This document shows, piece after piece, positions 54,348 to 63,637 of a stretch of 64,000 nt of DNA (within the stretch, counting starts at the first letter, position 1; each line of letters starts with the position of its first letter). The DNA is taken from positions 4,429 to 68,428 of the forward strand of contig JAQXIM010000137.1 in the NCBI GenBank assembly GCA_029007785.1, written 5' to 3'. Both the position numbers and the translations under genes were made by a program. Under the pieces are notes generated by a model, which was given only the letters and a program-made list of their open reading frames with translations, had not been told where the DNA came from and searched no databases. The stretch is from Clostridiales bacterium (lineage in GTDB: Bacteria > Bacillota > Clostridia > Lachnospirales > Lachnospiraceae).

Positions 54348-54420
54348 TTATGAAAAATGCTCTAAGCGGGGTCGTGATCCTGATGGTTCATGAAATCGGT
54401 ACTTAGAGCATTTTTCATAA
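54348..54420. repeat. 19-bp perfect inverted repeat with a 35-nt loop downstream of the opp-like operon (terminator or protein-binding palindrome)
   Basis: ttatgaaaaatgctctaag (54348-54366) pairs with cttagagcatttttcataa (54402-54420). Confidence 0.7.
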
Positions 54421-54588
54421 GAATAGAATGTACAGATCCATCAGGAATGATGAAATAATTCTACAATAATAAAATAAGAAATAAACCTCGAAATTTCCAA
54501 GGGAGTATGATATACTAGTTTAAACTAGACCTATTTGTCCTTCTGGCAGAGAAGAATAGAAGGAATTTATTTTTCGAAAGACGAATAT

Positions 54589-55035
54589 ATGTCTGTGACG
54601 AAAAGCCCGAGAGGGGAGCAAGAGGATATGATAGATAAAGAAAAAGTGAAGATTATGACCAGGGAAGCCATGCTGGAAAAAAAGAACAAAAAACATGGAC
54701 TTCCGGCACAAAATTTTTTTATGGATGACTATATAAGCCTCCAGGTCATTAAAGGGGTGATAGGAACCACTCTCTTGTACGCGGTGGGAGTGGCAGTCTG
54801 GCTTCTGTATACTATGGATTCCTGGATCAATAGTTACTCCCTGATTCAGGTTTGGGATGTTGTGATACGGCTTGGAATTCTGTATCTGGTGATTCTCGTC
54901 ATATCGGTTGCGATACTGATTATGGTCTATTCTCTGAAATATTTTCGGGCAGGCCGTTTGCTCAAAGAGCAGCAGTATTATTTGAAAAAGCTAAGCCGAT
55001 ACTATGAGAACGAAGAGAAAAAGCGGGGGGAGTAG
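54589..55035 (+). CDS. Hypothetical membrane protein (2-3 TM helices, K/E-rich termini)
   Basis: The ORF is open from 54535 (TTG), and ATG candidates are at 54589 and 54628. TM segments are GVIGTTLLYAVGVAVWLLY and LGILYLVILVISVAILIMVY. Confidence 0.5.
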   Translation: MSVTKSPRGEQEDMIDKEKVKIMTREAMLEKKNKKHGLPAQNFFMDDYISLQVIKGVIGTTLLYAVGVAVWLLYTMDSWINSYSLIQVWDVVIRLGILYLVILVISVAILIMVYSLKYFRAGRLLKEQQYYLKKLSRYYENEEKKRGE

Positions 55036-55038
55036 TTT

Positions 55039-55986
55039 ATGGAAGGGTTATTATATATAAGACAGAAGACAAAAATGTTTTTTGCTGATTATGATATGTA
55101 CATTATACCGATGGTGAAATTTGTTCTGATGATGGCAATATTCCTTCTGATGAACTGGCATTTGGGCTATCGATATGTACAGATGAAATGGATTCTTGTT
55201 ATACTGGTATCTCTGGTCGGATGCCTTCTCCCCTGGAGCGGTTTGACGGCTTTATCCGGTCTCTATCTTATGGGTCATGTTTCTGCACTGTCCTGGGAAG
55301 GGGCTGTTGTTTTGGCTGCTGTTATGCTGGCAGCAGTCATTATCCATTATTTATTTTTACCGGGCAGCAGTTTTGTGATTGTACTGGTTCCCTTGGCGTT
55401 TTATCTAAAAGTTCCTTATCTGATACCGCTTCTGGTGGGCGTGTTTGGATCTGCCCTGTCATTTCTGCCGGTGGGAATCGGAGTTATGGTTTATTATCTG
55501 ATGCTTAGCCTGGAGCGGGGGGCTGCTTTCCTCAGTGATCCCGGAAGTTCCATTGCTCAGTGTTTCCTGCAGATTCTGAACGGCCTTGCCGGGGATTCCA
55601 TGTTGATTGTTACCCTGGCTTCCTTCTGTCTGGTAACTTTGTTGGTATATACATTGAATCGTCTCTCGTTTGACTATTCCAAATATATCTCCATAGCAGC
55701 CGGAGGCGTGCTGAATATTCTGATTTTCCTTTTTGGAGGAATTTTGCTGGAAACCACCTTTTCCTATGCGGGCCTGTTGATTGGTACCCTGGTCTGTACT
55801 TTTGCAGCCGTTTTGATTTCTTTCTGGGTGGGAGCTGTTGATTATTCCCGGGCAGAAAGACTTCAGTTTGAAGACGATGAATACGTTTATTATGTGAAGG
55901 CGGTTCCAAAGATCAGTATAGCAGTTCCGGATCGAAAGGTTCAGGAAATTACATCTCCCAAGGAGAGTCAGAAAGAAGAACTGTAG
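55039..55986 (+). CDS. Hypothetical polytopic membrane protein (about 8 TM helices)
   Basis: 315 aa and highly hydrophobic. It starts 4 nt after the previous ORF. No family was recognised. Confidence 0.6.
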   Translation: MEGLLYIRQKTKMFFADYDMYIIPMVKFVLMMAIFLLMNWHLGYRYVQMKWILVILVSLVGCLLPWSGLTALSGLYLMGHVSALSWEGAVVLAAVMLAAVIIHYLFLPGSSFVIVLVPLAFYLKVPYLIPLLVGVFGSALSFLPVGIGVMVYYLMLSLERGAAFLSDPGSSIAQCFLQILNGLAGDSMLIVTLASFCLVTLLVYTLNRLSFDYSKYISIAAGGVLNILIFLFGGILLETTFSYAGLLIGTLVCTFAAVLISFWVGAVDYSRAERLQFEDDEYVYYVKAVPKISIAVPDRKVQEITSPKESQKEEL

Positions 55987-56091
55987 AAAAGCATCCGGAA
56001 AGGGAAAACCGGAGAAGCCGAAGAATTATTTTGAAACGGAAGAACGATGGATTGTGCAGTCCGGGGGACTGCTGTAGAAAAGAGGACTAAG

Positions 56092-56961
56092 ATGTCGAGC
56101 TTTTTTTATCGAATCAGCGAAATTGAGCTGCCGCGGATTACTGCCACTGATATCCTGGAAATTCTTATTATTGCCTTTGCGCTGTATCACATTCTGATAT
56201 GGGTCAGAAATACAAGAACCTGGTTCCTTCTGAAGGGAGTTGTGGTGATTCTGCTCTTTTTTGGATTTGCTGCAGTGCTTAAGTTGAATACGATTCTATT
56301 CATTGCGGAACGTTCCTTGAGTGTTATTGCTATCGCAATACTTGTAGTTTTCCAGCCGGAGTTGAGGAAAGCTCTGGAACAATTGGGGAAAAATAACGCA
56401 ATCTTTAATTTGTTTTCCGGTTCTCAGGATGGAAATGAAAATGAGTTTGATCAAAAAACCGTGGAAGAACTGGTACATGCTTCTTATGCTTTGGGCAGAG
56501 CAAGAACAGGAGCATTGATTGTAATTGAAAGAGAGATTCCTTTGGGAGAATATGTCCGTACCGGAATCGAAGTGGATGCACTTCTTACCAGCTCATTGCT
56601 GATTAATATTTTTGAACATAATACTCCTCTCCACGATGGAGCCGTTGTGGTTCGGGGAAATCGAGTGGAGGCGGCTACCTGCTATCTGCCCCTTTCTAAG
56701 AATACCAATATTCCCAAGGAACTGGGGACACGTCATCGGGCGGCCATCGGTGTGAGTGAAGTATCGGATAGTATTACTATTGTTGTATCCGAGGAGACGG
56801 GAAAGGTTTCTGTTGCATCCGACGGAGTATTGAGCCATAATCTGGAAGCGGAGCAGTTGAGAGAACTTCTGGAGACTCTTCGTACGCCGAAGGAGCCCAA
56901 AGGACTTGGTTTAAAGTTCTGGAAAGGAAGACCAAAGAATGAAAGAAAAGATTCGGAATAA
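56092..56961 (+). CDS. cdaA: Diadenylate cyclase (membrane-bound, CdaA/DacA)
   Basis: Three N-terminal TM helices. The DAC domain carries TPLHDGAVVV and GTRHRAA motifs. Confidence 0.95.
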   Translation: MSSFFYRISEIELPRITATDILEILIIAFALYHILIWVRNTRTWFLLKGVVVILLFFGFAAVLKLNTILFIAERSLSVIAIAILVVFQPELRKALEQLGKNNAIFNLFSGSQDGNENEFDQKTVEELVHASYALGRARTGALIVIEREIPLGEYVRTGIEVDALLTSSLLINIFEHNTPLHDGAVVVRGNRVEAATCYLPLSKNTNIPKELGTRHRAAIGVSEVSDSITIVVSEETGKVSVASDGVLSHNLEAEQLRELLETLRTPKEPKGLGLKFWKGRPKNERKDSE

Positions 56962-58273
56962 CTGGTCTCTGAAATTGCTTTCTGTGGGTATCGCGATTAT
57001 TATTTGGCTGCTTGTTGTTAACTACGATAATCCTTACATGACCAGAACGATTACCGGCATTCCCATTGAAATCCTAAATGAGGAGACCATTACCGGACAT
57101 GATATGGTGTATACAGTATCCGGAAGTCAGACGGCATCTGTGCGTGTGCGGTGTCCAAGAAAGATTGCCCAGGCTCTGAAGGCTTCTGATTTTCGGGCTG
57201 AGGCTGATTTTAATAATATTTATACTCTGACAAACCAGGTGCCGGTTACGATTACCTGTACCAATACCCGGGTTTCCAGCGATGAGATCACTCAGTTGAC
57301 TCAGAGTCTGAAAATAGAACTGGAACAGATCAAAGAAAGAAAAATGGATGTGAAGGTGAATGTGGAAGGAGAACCCGCTGCCGGTTATCAGGTGGGGAAT
57401 ATTACCTGTTCACCAGCCATTGTATCGGTGAAAGCACCTCAGTCTTTCCTGGATCAAATCAGTTATGTTGGTGTAGAAATCAGTGTGGATGGAATTTTCC
57501 AGACGCTGGAGCAGCAAACCACTCTTCTGTTTTATAATGCAGGCGGAGGTATCCTGGATTATGACGGAGTGGATGCGTTGAAGGTCAGCACCATGGATAT
57601 TTATGTGGAAGTAGAGATTCTAAATGTAAAATCTGTGGGTGTGGCTTATACTGTAACCGGACAGGATGCGGTAGCATCCGGATACCAGTATTCCGGTGTG
57701 GAACTGAGTCCCAGTACGGTGGAAGTTTCGGGAAGAAAGTCGGCTTTGGCGGATGTAGTGAGTATTCAGATTCCCGATGGAGAACTGGATGTGACCGGTG
57801 CCCGTGAAAATATTGTAAAAACCTTTGATTTGCGGGAGATGCTGCCGGAAGGCGTAACTTTGGTAAATGAGGAAGAGTATGAACTGAAAGTAACCCTGAA
57901 AGTGGAAAGACTGGAGACGAAGAGTATTCTTCTGAATACTTCCGACTTGCATATAGAAAACCTGGATGATTCTCTGGTTGTGGATTCCATGGACTCCAAC
58001 GTTAGTGTCCGGCTGGAAGGACTGGCCTCGGATTTGAATGAATTGGATTCCGGCGAACTGATGGGAATCCTGGATCTGAGTGGTCTGGGAGAAGGCGAAC
58101 ATACGATTACTGTGGGGCTGGAGGTTCCTGTCGGATATCGTGTGGTAGGAACACCCGCTGTGAAGCTGGTGCTGGCCGAGAAAAAAACAGAAGAGTCTCA
58201 GGAAAATCAGGATGAAAACCCAGATGAAAGTTCCGCAGAATCTTCCTCGGAAGAACACGGAGACAATCCCTGA
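56939..58273 (+). CDS. cdaR: CdaR (YbbR-domain) regulator of CdaA
   Basis: N-terminal anchor LKLLSVGIAIIIWLLV and repeated YbbR-like beta domains. It overlaps the end of cdaA. Confidence 0.85.
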   Translation: MKEKIRNNWSLKLLSVGIAIIIWLLVVNYDNPYMTRTITGIPIEILNEETITGHDMVYTVSGSQTASVRVRCPRKIAQALKASDFRAEADFNNIYTLTNQVPVTITCTNTRVSSDEITQLTQSLKIELEQIKERKMDVKVNVEGEPAAGYQVGNITCSPAIVSVKAPQSFLDQISYVGVEISVDGIFQTLEQQTTLLFYNAGGGILDYDGVDALKVSTMDIYVEVEILNVKSVGVAYTVTGQDAVASGYQYSGVELSPSTVEVSGRKSALADVVSIQIPDGELDVTGARENIVKTFDLREMLPEGVTLVNEEEYELKVTLKVERLETKSILLNTSDLHIENLDDSLVVDSMDSNVSVRLEGLASDLNELDSGELMGILDLSGLGEGEHTITVGLEVPVGYRVVGTPAVKLVLAEKKTEESQENQDENPDESSAESSSEEHGDNP

Positions 58274-58289
58274 ATCAGCAAATAAAAAG

Positions 58290-58328
58290 CCAGGCTGATC
58301 CAATAGAAAGTTCTTTGGAACAGCCTGG
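58290..58328 (+). terminator. Hairpin after cdaR (weak, no clean T-run)
   Basis: ccaggctg (58290-58297) pairs with cagcctgg (58321-58328). Confidence 0.35.
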
Positions 58329-58429
58329 TAAAAATTTCCGGAAAACTGGAATCGGCTGCCGGCAGCAAGATCTTGCAGCGGCGCAGCAAAAAAGAAAAGA
58401 ATGTCAGATGACAAACGGGATAAGACCCG

Positions 58430-60115
58430 ATGAAATATCAGAAAATAGGAGATGTGAGAGTTATGTTAAATTATCAAAGATATAAGAGAGTTCCTGTAGT
58501 GGATTATCCGGAAAGAGAGTGGCCGAATAAAGAGATTATGAAAGCACCGATCTGGTGCAGCGTAGATCTTAGAGACGGCAATCAGGCTTTGATTGAACCC
58601 ATGGTTGTATCCGAGAAGGTTGAGATGTTCAATTATCTGGTTAAGCTGGGATTCAAGGAGATTGAGGTCGGATTTCCTTCTGCCTCTCAGTTGGAGTTTG
58701 ATTTCCTTCGCCAGCTGGTAGATCGTAAGCTGATTCCGGATGATGTAACGGTTCAGGTTCTTGTTCAGTGCCGTGAGCATCTGCTGACCCGTACTTTTGA
58801 AGCAATCAAGGGACTTCCCCGGGCCATCGTTCATATTTATAATTCCACTTCTACTTTGCAGAGAGATGTGGTTTTCGGAAAGACAAGAGAAGAAATCAAA
58901 CAGATTGCCATTGAAGGCACAAAGATGGTAAAAGAAATGGCAAAGGATTTTCCTGGAAAGATTCAGCTGGAGTATTCGCCGGAAAGTTTTACAGGAACGG
59001 AGCTTGATTATGCACTGGAAGTATGTACAGCAGTACAGGAAATCTGGCAGCCCACAAAAGAGAACAAGATCATCTTCAATCTTCCCTCTACCGTAGAGAT
59101 GAATACACCGAATGTATATGCAGATCAGATTGAATGGATGAATAAGCATTTCAAGGACAGAGAGACCATTACCCTCAGCGTACATCCTCATAATGACCGG
59201 GGAACCGGTGTTGCAGCTGCAGAACTGGCTCTTCTGGCCGGTGCCGACCGTGTGGAAGGTACTCTTTTCGGCAACGGTGAGAGAACCGGAAATGTGGACA
59301 TACTGAATATTGCCTACAATATGTTCTCTCAGGGTATTAATCCGGAACTGGAACTGGAAAATATCCGTGAGACCATTGAAGTATATGAAAGATGCAGTAA
59401 GATGCATATCCATGAGAGACATCCCTATGCCGGAAAACTGGTATTCACTGCTTTCTCCGGTTCCCATCAGGATGCTATCAATAAGGGTATGAAGGCACTT
59501 CATGAAAGAAACGGAAAATACTGGGAAGTTCCTTACCTTCCCATTGATCCTATGGATATCGGCCGTGAATATGAACCGATTGTTCGAATCAATAGTCAGT
59601 CTGGTAAGGGCGGCGTAGCTTATGTAATGGAATCCTGCTTCGGCTTCAAGATGCCCAAGGGAATGCATAAAGAATTTGCCGATGTGATCCAGGCAATTGC
59701 GGAAAAACAGGGTGAGGTTGCTCCGGAATCCATCTACGCCAAGTTTGAGGAAGAATATCTCAATTCCAGGGAACCTTTTGAGCTGATTCATTATGAAATT
59801 CGCGATGTAGGCATGGATACGAAAGCGGAACTGAAATTCAAATACAAAGGCGAATTGATGGAAGCAGAATTTGTGGGAAATGGTCCTATCGATGCCGTAA
59901 AGGGTGCTCTTTTGTCCAAGGTTGATCTGAAGGCAAAAGTACTGGATTACGATGAACATGCATTGACCCAGGGTTCCAAGTCAAAAGCAGCTGCTTATAT
60001 TCATATGGTAGATCTGGCTACCGGAAGATCTACTTACGGTGTTGGTGTAAGCTCCAATATTACCAGAGCTTCTATTCGCGGTATCTTTAGTGCAATGAAT
60101 CGTTTGTTCCGGTAA
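58430..60115 (+). CDS. leuA: 2-isopropylmalate synthase (long form, LeuA type 2)
   Basis: WCSVDLRDGNQAL, EVGFPSAS, SVHPHNDRGTG, and the C-terminal LeuA dimer/regulatory domain. An alternative start is at 58463. Confidence 0.9.
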   Translation: MKYQKIGDVRVMLNYQRYKRVPVVDYPEREWPNKEIMKAPIWCSVDLRDGNQALIEPMVVSEKVEMFNYLVKLGFKEIEVGFPSASQLEFDFLRQLVDRKLIPDDVTVQVLVQCREHLLTRTFEAIKGLPRAIVHIYNSTSTLQRDVVFGKTREEIKQIAIEGTKMVKEMAKDFPGKIQLEYSPESFTGTELDYALEVCTAVQEIWQPTKENKIIFNLPSTVEMNTPNVYADQIEWMNKHFKDRETITLSVHPHNDRGTGVAAAELALLAGADRVEGTLFGNGERTGNVDILNIAYNMFSQGINPELELENIRETIEVYERCSKMHIHERHPYAGKLVFTAFSGSHQDAINKGMKALHERNGKYWEVPYLPIDPMDIGREYEPIVRINSQSGKGGVAYVMESCFGFKMPKGMHKEFADVIQAIAEKQGEVAPESIYAKFEEEYLNSREPFELIHYEIRDVGMDTKAELKFKYKGELMEAEFVGNGPIDAVKGALLSKVDLKAKVLDYDEHALTQGSKSKAAAYIHMVDLATGRSTYGVGVSSNITRASIRGIFSAMNRLFR

Positions 60116-60162
60116 GGAATCGGAAGAGACGGTGACTAACTGCCATAAGCAGGGAGGGATTT

Positions 60163-60636
60163 ATGAATCGACAGGAGTTTTTACGTCGACTGGAGGAAGC
60201 GCTGCAAGGCGAAGTTTCTCCTCAGGTACTGCAGTCAAACCTGCAGTATTATCAGAATTACATTTATGATGAGATGAGAAAGGGACGTTCGGAAGAAGAG
60301 ATCCTTGCCGAGCTGGGAGATCCCCGGCTGATTGCAAGAACGATTGCGGACAGCCAGAATTCGGGATCGTCTTCCTATGGATATGAGGATAGCCGCAGTT
60401 TCGGCAGCAGATATACGTATGAGGAACCTTCGGAAGAGAATCATCGAGGCAGCTATTCCTTCCATGTTCGAAAGTTCAGCGGAATTGTTCCTACTTTGAT
60501 TATTGCAGCAATTATTGTTCTTATTCTTTTCTTGCTGTCGACCGTGTTTGCTGTTGCACTGAAACTTCTGTTGTCACCTGTTTTCTGGACAATTTTCGCC
60601 GTTTTGATCTTGTGGAGAATTATTACCAAAAAATAA
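60163..60636 (+). CDS. DUF1700-like membrane protein
   Basis: MNRQEFLRRLEEAL......Q..L.YY..Y......[16 protein letters not shown], followed by two TM helices. Confidence 0.7.
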   Translation: MNRQEFLRRLEEALQGEVSPQVLQSNLQYYQNYIYDEMRKGRSEEEILAELGDPRLIARTIADSQNSGSSSYGYEDSRSFGSRYTYEEPSEENHRGSYSFHVRKFSGIVPTLIIAAIIVLILFLLSTVFAVALKLLLSPVFWTIFAVLILWRIITKK

Positions 60637-60788
60637 TGATATAAGCCAGTAGACATAAAATGCATACTTGCAGCGGAACACTTTGTTCTGGAATATTTCC
60701 GGAAAAACAGACCATACTAGAATTGTGCTTCATAGAGAGGCATGGATACAGATTCCGCGTCGGCGGGAAAGTTTAGGAGGTACCGGAA

Positions 60789-61034
60789 ATGACAGACAAC
60801 AGAAATCAGGAAAGAAACCGATTTGAAAACGGCAATCAAAACAGAGAGCAGAATTGCGACAGAAACCGTTCGGAAAACAGAAGTCAGAATCGCAGCTCCA
60901 ATCTGGATGGCAGATTTGATATGCAGGACAGAAGTCAGAATTGCCGGGAAAAGGAACAGAATCGCACCAGAAATCGTGCGGAAAACAAAAATCAGAATCA
61001 GAACCGCATGCAGAATCGCCAGGAAAACGATTGA
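60789..61034 (+). CDS. Low-complexity N/R/Q/E-rich small protein (81 aa)
   Basis: AGGAGG SD lies 8 nt before the ATG, and a strong terminator lies 80 nt downstream. The DNA shows cagaatcgc-type repeats. No family was recognised. Confidence 0.5.
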   Translation: MTDNRNQERNRFENGNQNREQNCDRNRSENRSQNRSSNLDGRFDMQDRSQNCREKEQNRTRNRAENKNQNQNRMQNRQEND

Positions 61035-61114
61035 TCGGCAGCGGACGGAAAAACGTATGAAACCGGAAAGGCAGAAGAATAGTTTGGAAAAATTCTGTCT
61101 CATGGAAGAGTGGG

Positions 61115-61144
61115 TACGGGTGTCGCAGGACACCCGTATTTTTA
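61115..61144 (+). terminator. Strong intrinsic terminator
   Basis: tacgggtgtc (61115-61124), loop gcag, gacacccgta (61129-61138), then tttttat. Confidence 0.85.
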
Positions 61145-61302
61145 TGGGAAGATGCTGACATTTTCTGGGTAAAAAAAAGCGGAGAATGAAAGAACATGGC
61201 AAAAGCAGATCATTATTGGTATGAGCAGAATCAGGGATGAAAGGTATGACTTTTTTTGTCAGCTGTCATATGTTAAAGTAGGAAGAAGCCGGAGGTCACG
61301 GA

Positions 61303-61596
61303 ATGGAGCTGATTAGTATCCAGCAATGGATGCGAAATGGATATGGGAGGGATCGGCTGCTGGATTTGAGACCGATCGATTGCTATAAACGAGGTCATTT
61401 GGCCGGTGCCGAGTCTGCGCCCTGGGAGGAAAAAGGGCGGTGGATGATGTCACTGGACCGGAAAAAGAAAATTGTCTTGATCTGTTACAGTGGGGCAACT
61501 GCCATAAAGGCGGCCTATGAGCTGGAAGCCATGGGATTTCATACAGCGGTTATTGCCGGCGGATATCATCGGCTAGGGTATCCTGATTGTCCGTAA
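61303..61596 (+). CDS. Single-domain rhodanese-like protein
   Basis: LLDLRP...Y..GHL.GA and the active-site loop CYSGATA. Confidence 0.75.
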   Translation: MELISIQQWMRNGYGRDRLLDLRPIDCYKRGHLAGAESAPWEEKGRWMMSLDRKKKIVLICYSGATAIKAAYELEAMGFHTAVIAGGYHRLGYPDCP

Positions 61597-61841
61597 CCCA
61601 TCAATGGAAAACCGACAGCGGCATCCCTGAGTTCCCATGTGGTTTTCAGATGTGGCTGTCGGTAAACCTGAGAAAAGGAGAATTACCGGATAGTTGGGAA
61701 GAATCCTGGCGGAAAGAGGAATTATTACATGACAACAGAGAAAAGGAATGCTACAATATAGCAGGAGCCGATTTTGAGAGTGCAAAGCACGAAAAAAACG
61801 ACGAGAGACTCATTTGTCGGACAACTCATAGCATAAAAATA

Positions 61842-63032
61842 ATGGAAGATGGGGATAATGGATTGAATTACGAATGGATTGCGCCCTGCCATTTTGGTTT
61901 GGAGGCGGTTTGCAAAAAAGAAATATTAGATTTGGGTTATTCGATTATCAGTGTGGAGGATGGCAGAGTTGTTTTTTCCGGAGACGAAGGAGCAGCCTGT
62001 CGGGCCAATATGTTTCTGCGTACTGCAGAAAGAGTTCTTCTGAAAGCGGCAGAATTCACTGCGGAGACATTTGATGAATTGTTTGAGAAAACAAAGGCAG
62101 TTGCCTGGGAGGATTATATTCCGGCTGACGGAAAATTCTGGGTTACGAAAGCTTCTTCCATCAAGAGTAAGCTTTTCAGCCCTTCGGATATCCAGTCCAT
62201 TATGAAGAAAGCCATGGTGGAGCGGTTGAAATCGGTGTATCGTGTTTCCTGGTTCCCGGAAACAGGAGCTTCCTATCCTTTGCGGGTTTTTCTGATGAAA
62301 GACCGGGTAACGGTGGGATTGGATACCAGCGGAGATTCCCTTCACAAGAGAGGATACCGTAAACTGACAGCCAAGGCTCCCATTACGGAGACTCTGGCAG
62401 CTGCTCTTTTGATGCTTACCCCCTGGAATCGGGATCGTATTCTGGTGGATCCTTTCTGCGGCAGCGGAACCTTCCCCATTGAGGCAGCGATGATGGCAGC
62501 CAATATGGCTCCGGGAATGAACCGCAGTTTTCTGGCAGAAAAATGGACCAACCTGATTCCAAAGAAACTGTGGTATGAAGCAGCCGATGAGGCGGCAGAT
62601 CTTGTGGATGATACGGCAGAGGTGGATATTCAGGGGTTTGATATTGATGGAGAAATCGTTCGGGCAGCCAGAGAAAATGCCAGGGAAGCCGGAGTGGATC
62701 ATATGATTCATTTCCAGCAGAGACCGGTAAGTCAGCTCAGCCACCCGAAAAAATACGGATTTCTGGTGATGAATCCTCCTTATGGAGAAAGAATCGAAGA
62801 AAAAGAAAACCTGCCGGATCTGTATCGCACCATTGGAGAGCGGTTTGCTGCCCTGGATTCCTGGTCCTGCTATATGATTACTTCCTATGAAGATGCAGAA
62901 CGATATTTTGGAAGAAAAGCGGACAAAAACAGAAAAATATATAACGGTATGATGAAGACTTATTTCTATCAGTTTATGGGACCGAAGCCTCCGAAACGTA
63001 AGCGTCCGGAGGAAAGAGAGGAGACAGTATGA
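61842..63032 (+). CDS. THUMP-domain class I SAM-dependent RNA methyltransferase (RlmL/YpsC-like)
   Basis: Ferredoxin-like plus THUMP N-terminus, DPFCGSGTF SAM motif, and catalytic NPPYGERI. The ORF opens at 61587, but homology starts near M at 61842. Confidence 0.85.
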   Translation: MEDGDNGLNYEWIAPCHFGLEAVCKKEILDLGYSIISVEDGRVVFSGDEGAACRANMFLRTAERVLLKAAEFTAETFDELFEKTKAVAWEDYIPADGKFWVTKASSIKSKLFSPSDIQSIMKKAMVERLKSVYRVSWFPETGASYPLRVFLMKDRVTVGLDTSGDSLHKRGYRKLTAKAPITETLAAALLMLTPWNRDRILVDPFCGSGTFPIEAAMMAANMAPGMNRSFLAEKWTNLIPKKLWYEAADEAADLVDDTAEVDIQGFDIDGEIVRAARENAREAGVDHMIHFQQRPVSQLSHPKKYGFLVMNPPYGERIEEKENLPDLYRTIGERFAALDSWSCYMITSYEDAERYFGRKADKNRKIYNGMMKTYFYQFMGPKPPKRKRPEEREETV

Positions 63033-63637
63033 AGCAGAAATTGATTTTTGCCACAGGAAATGCAGGCAAAATGAAGGAAATACGAGCCATACTAGGAGAC
63101 TTGGATGTGGAAATTCTTTCCTCCAGGGAAGCAGGAGTTCAGGCAGATATTGTGGAAGACGGAAAAACTTTCCTGGAAAATGCCCGGATCAAAGCCCGTG
63201 CGATCCATGAGATCACGGGTGCTCTGGTACTGGCAGATGATTCCGGACTGGAAGTTGATTATTTGGATAAGGCACCGGGAGTTTATTCTGCTCGTTTTAT
63301 GGGAGAAGATACCTCCTATGAAATCAAAAATCAGGCAATTATTGATAAATTGGAAGGCGTGGAGGGATCTGACCGCAGCGCCAGGTTCCGCTGTGTTATC
63401 GATGCGGTTTTTCCCGACGGAACAGAAACAGCAGAAGAAGGTACCATTGAGGGATGGATTGCCAAGGAACCCAGCGGCAACGGGGGATTTGGATATGATC
63501 CCATTTTCTATCTTCCGGAAAGGGATCTGACTACGGCAGATTTGTCGGCAGAAGAGAAGAATGCCATCAGTCATCGCGGAATTGCCCTCCGTAAAATCCG
63601 TCCTGCCATTGAAGCCTGGCTGGAGGCACAGAAATGA
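63029..63637 (+). CDS. rdgB: dITP/XTP pyrophosphatase (RdgB/HAM1)
   Basis: FATGNAGKMKEI, ADDSGLEVD, RSARF, GFGYDPIF, and ISHRG. Confidence 0.95.
   Translation: MKQKLIFATGNAGKMKEIRAILGDLDVEILSSREAGVQADIVEDGKTFLENARIKARAIHEITGALVLADDSGLEVDYLDKAPGVYSARFMGEDTSYEIKNQAIIDKLEGVEGSDRSARFRCVIDAVFPDGTETAEEGTIEGWIAKEPSGNGGFGYDPIFYLPERDLTTADLSAEEKNAISHRGIALRKIRPAIEAWLEAQK

Noticed and set aside
58466-59959. 497-aa minus-strand ORF
   Set aside because: It is antisense to leuA, which has unambiguous catalytic motifs. It is a shadow ORF.
60823-61158. 111-aa alternative frame over the N/R/Q-rich locus
   Set aside because: It has no SD and runs through the terminator hairpin. The 60789 frame has a canonical SD, so the alternative frame is probably open only because of repeat composition.
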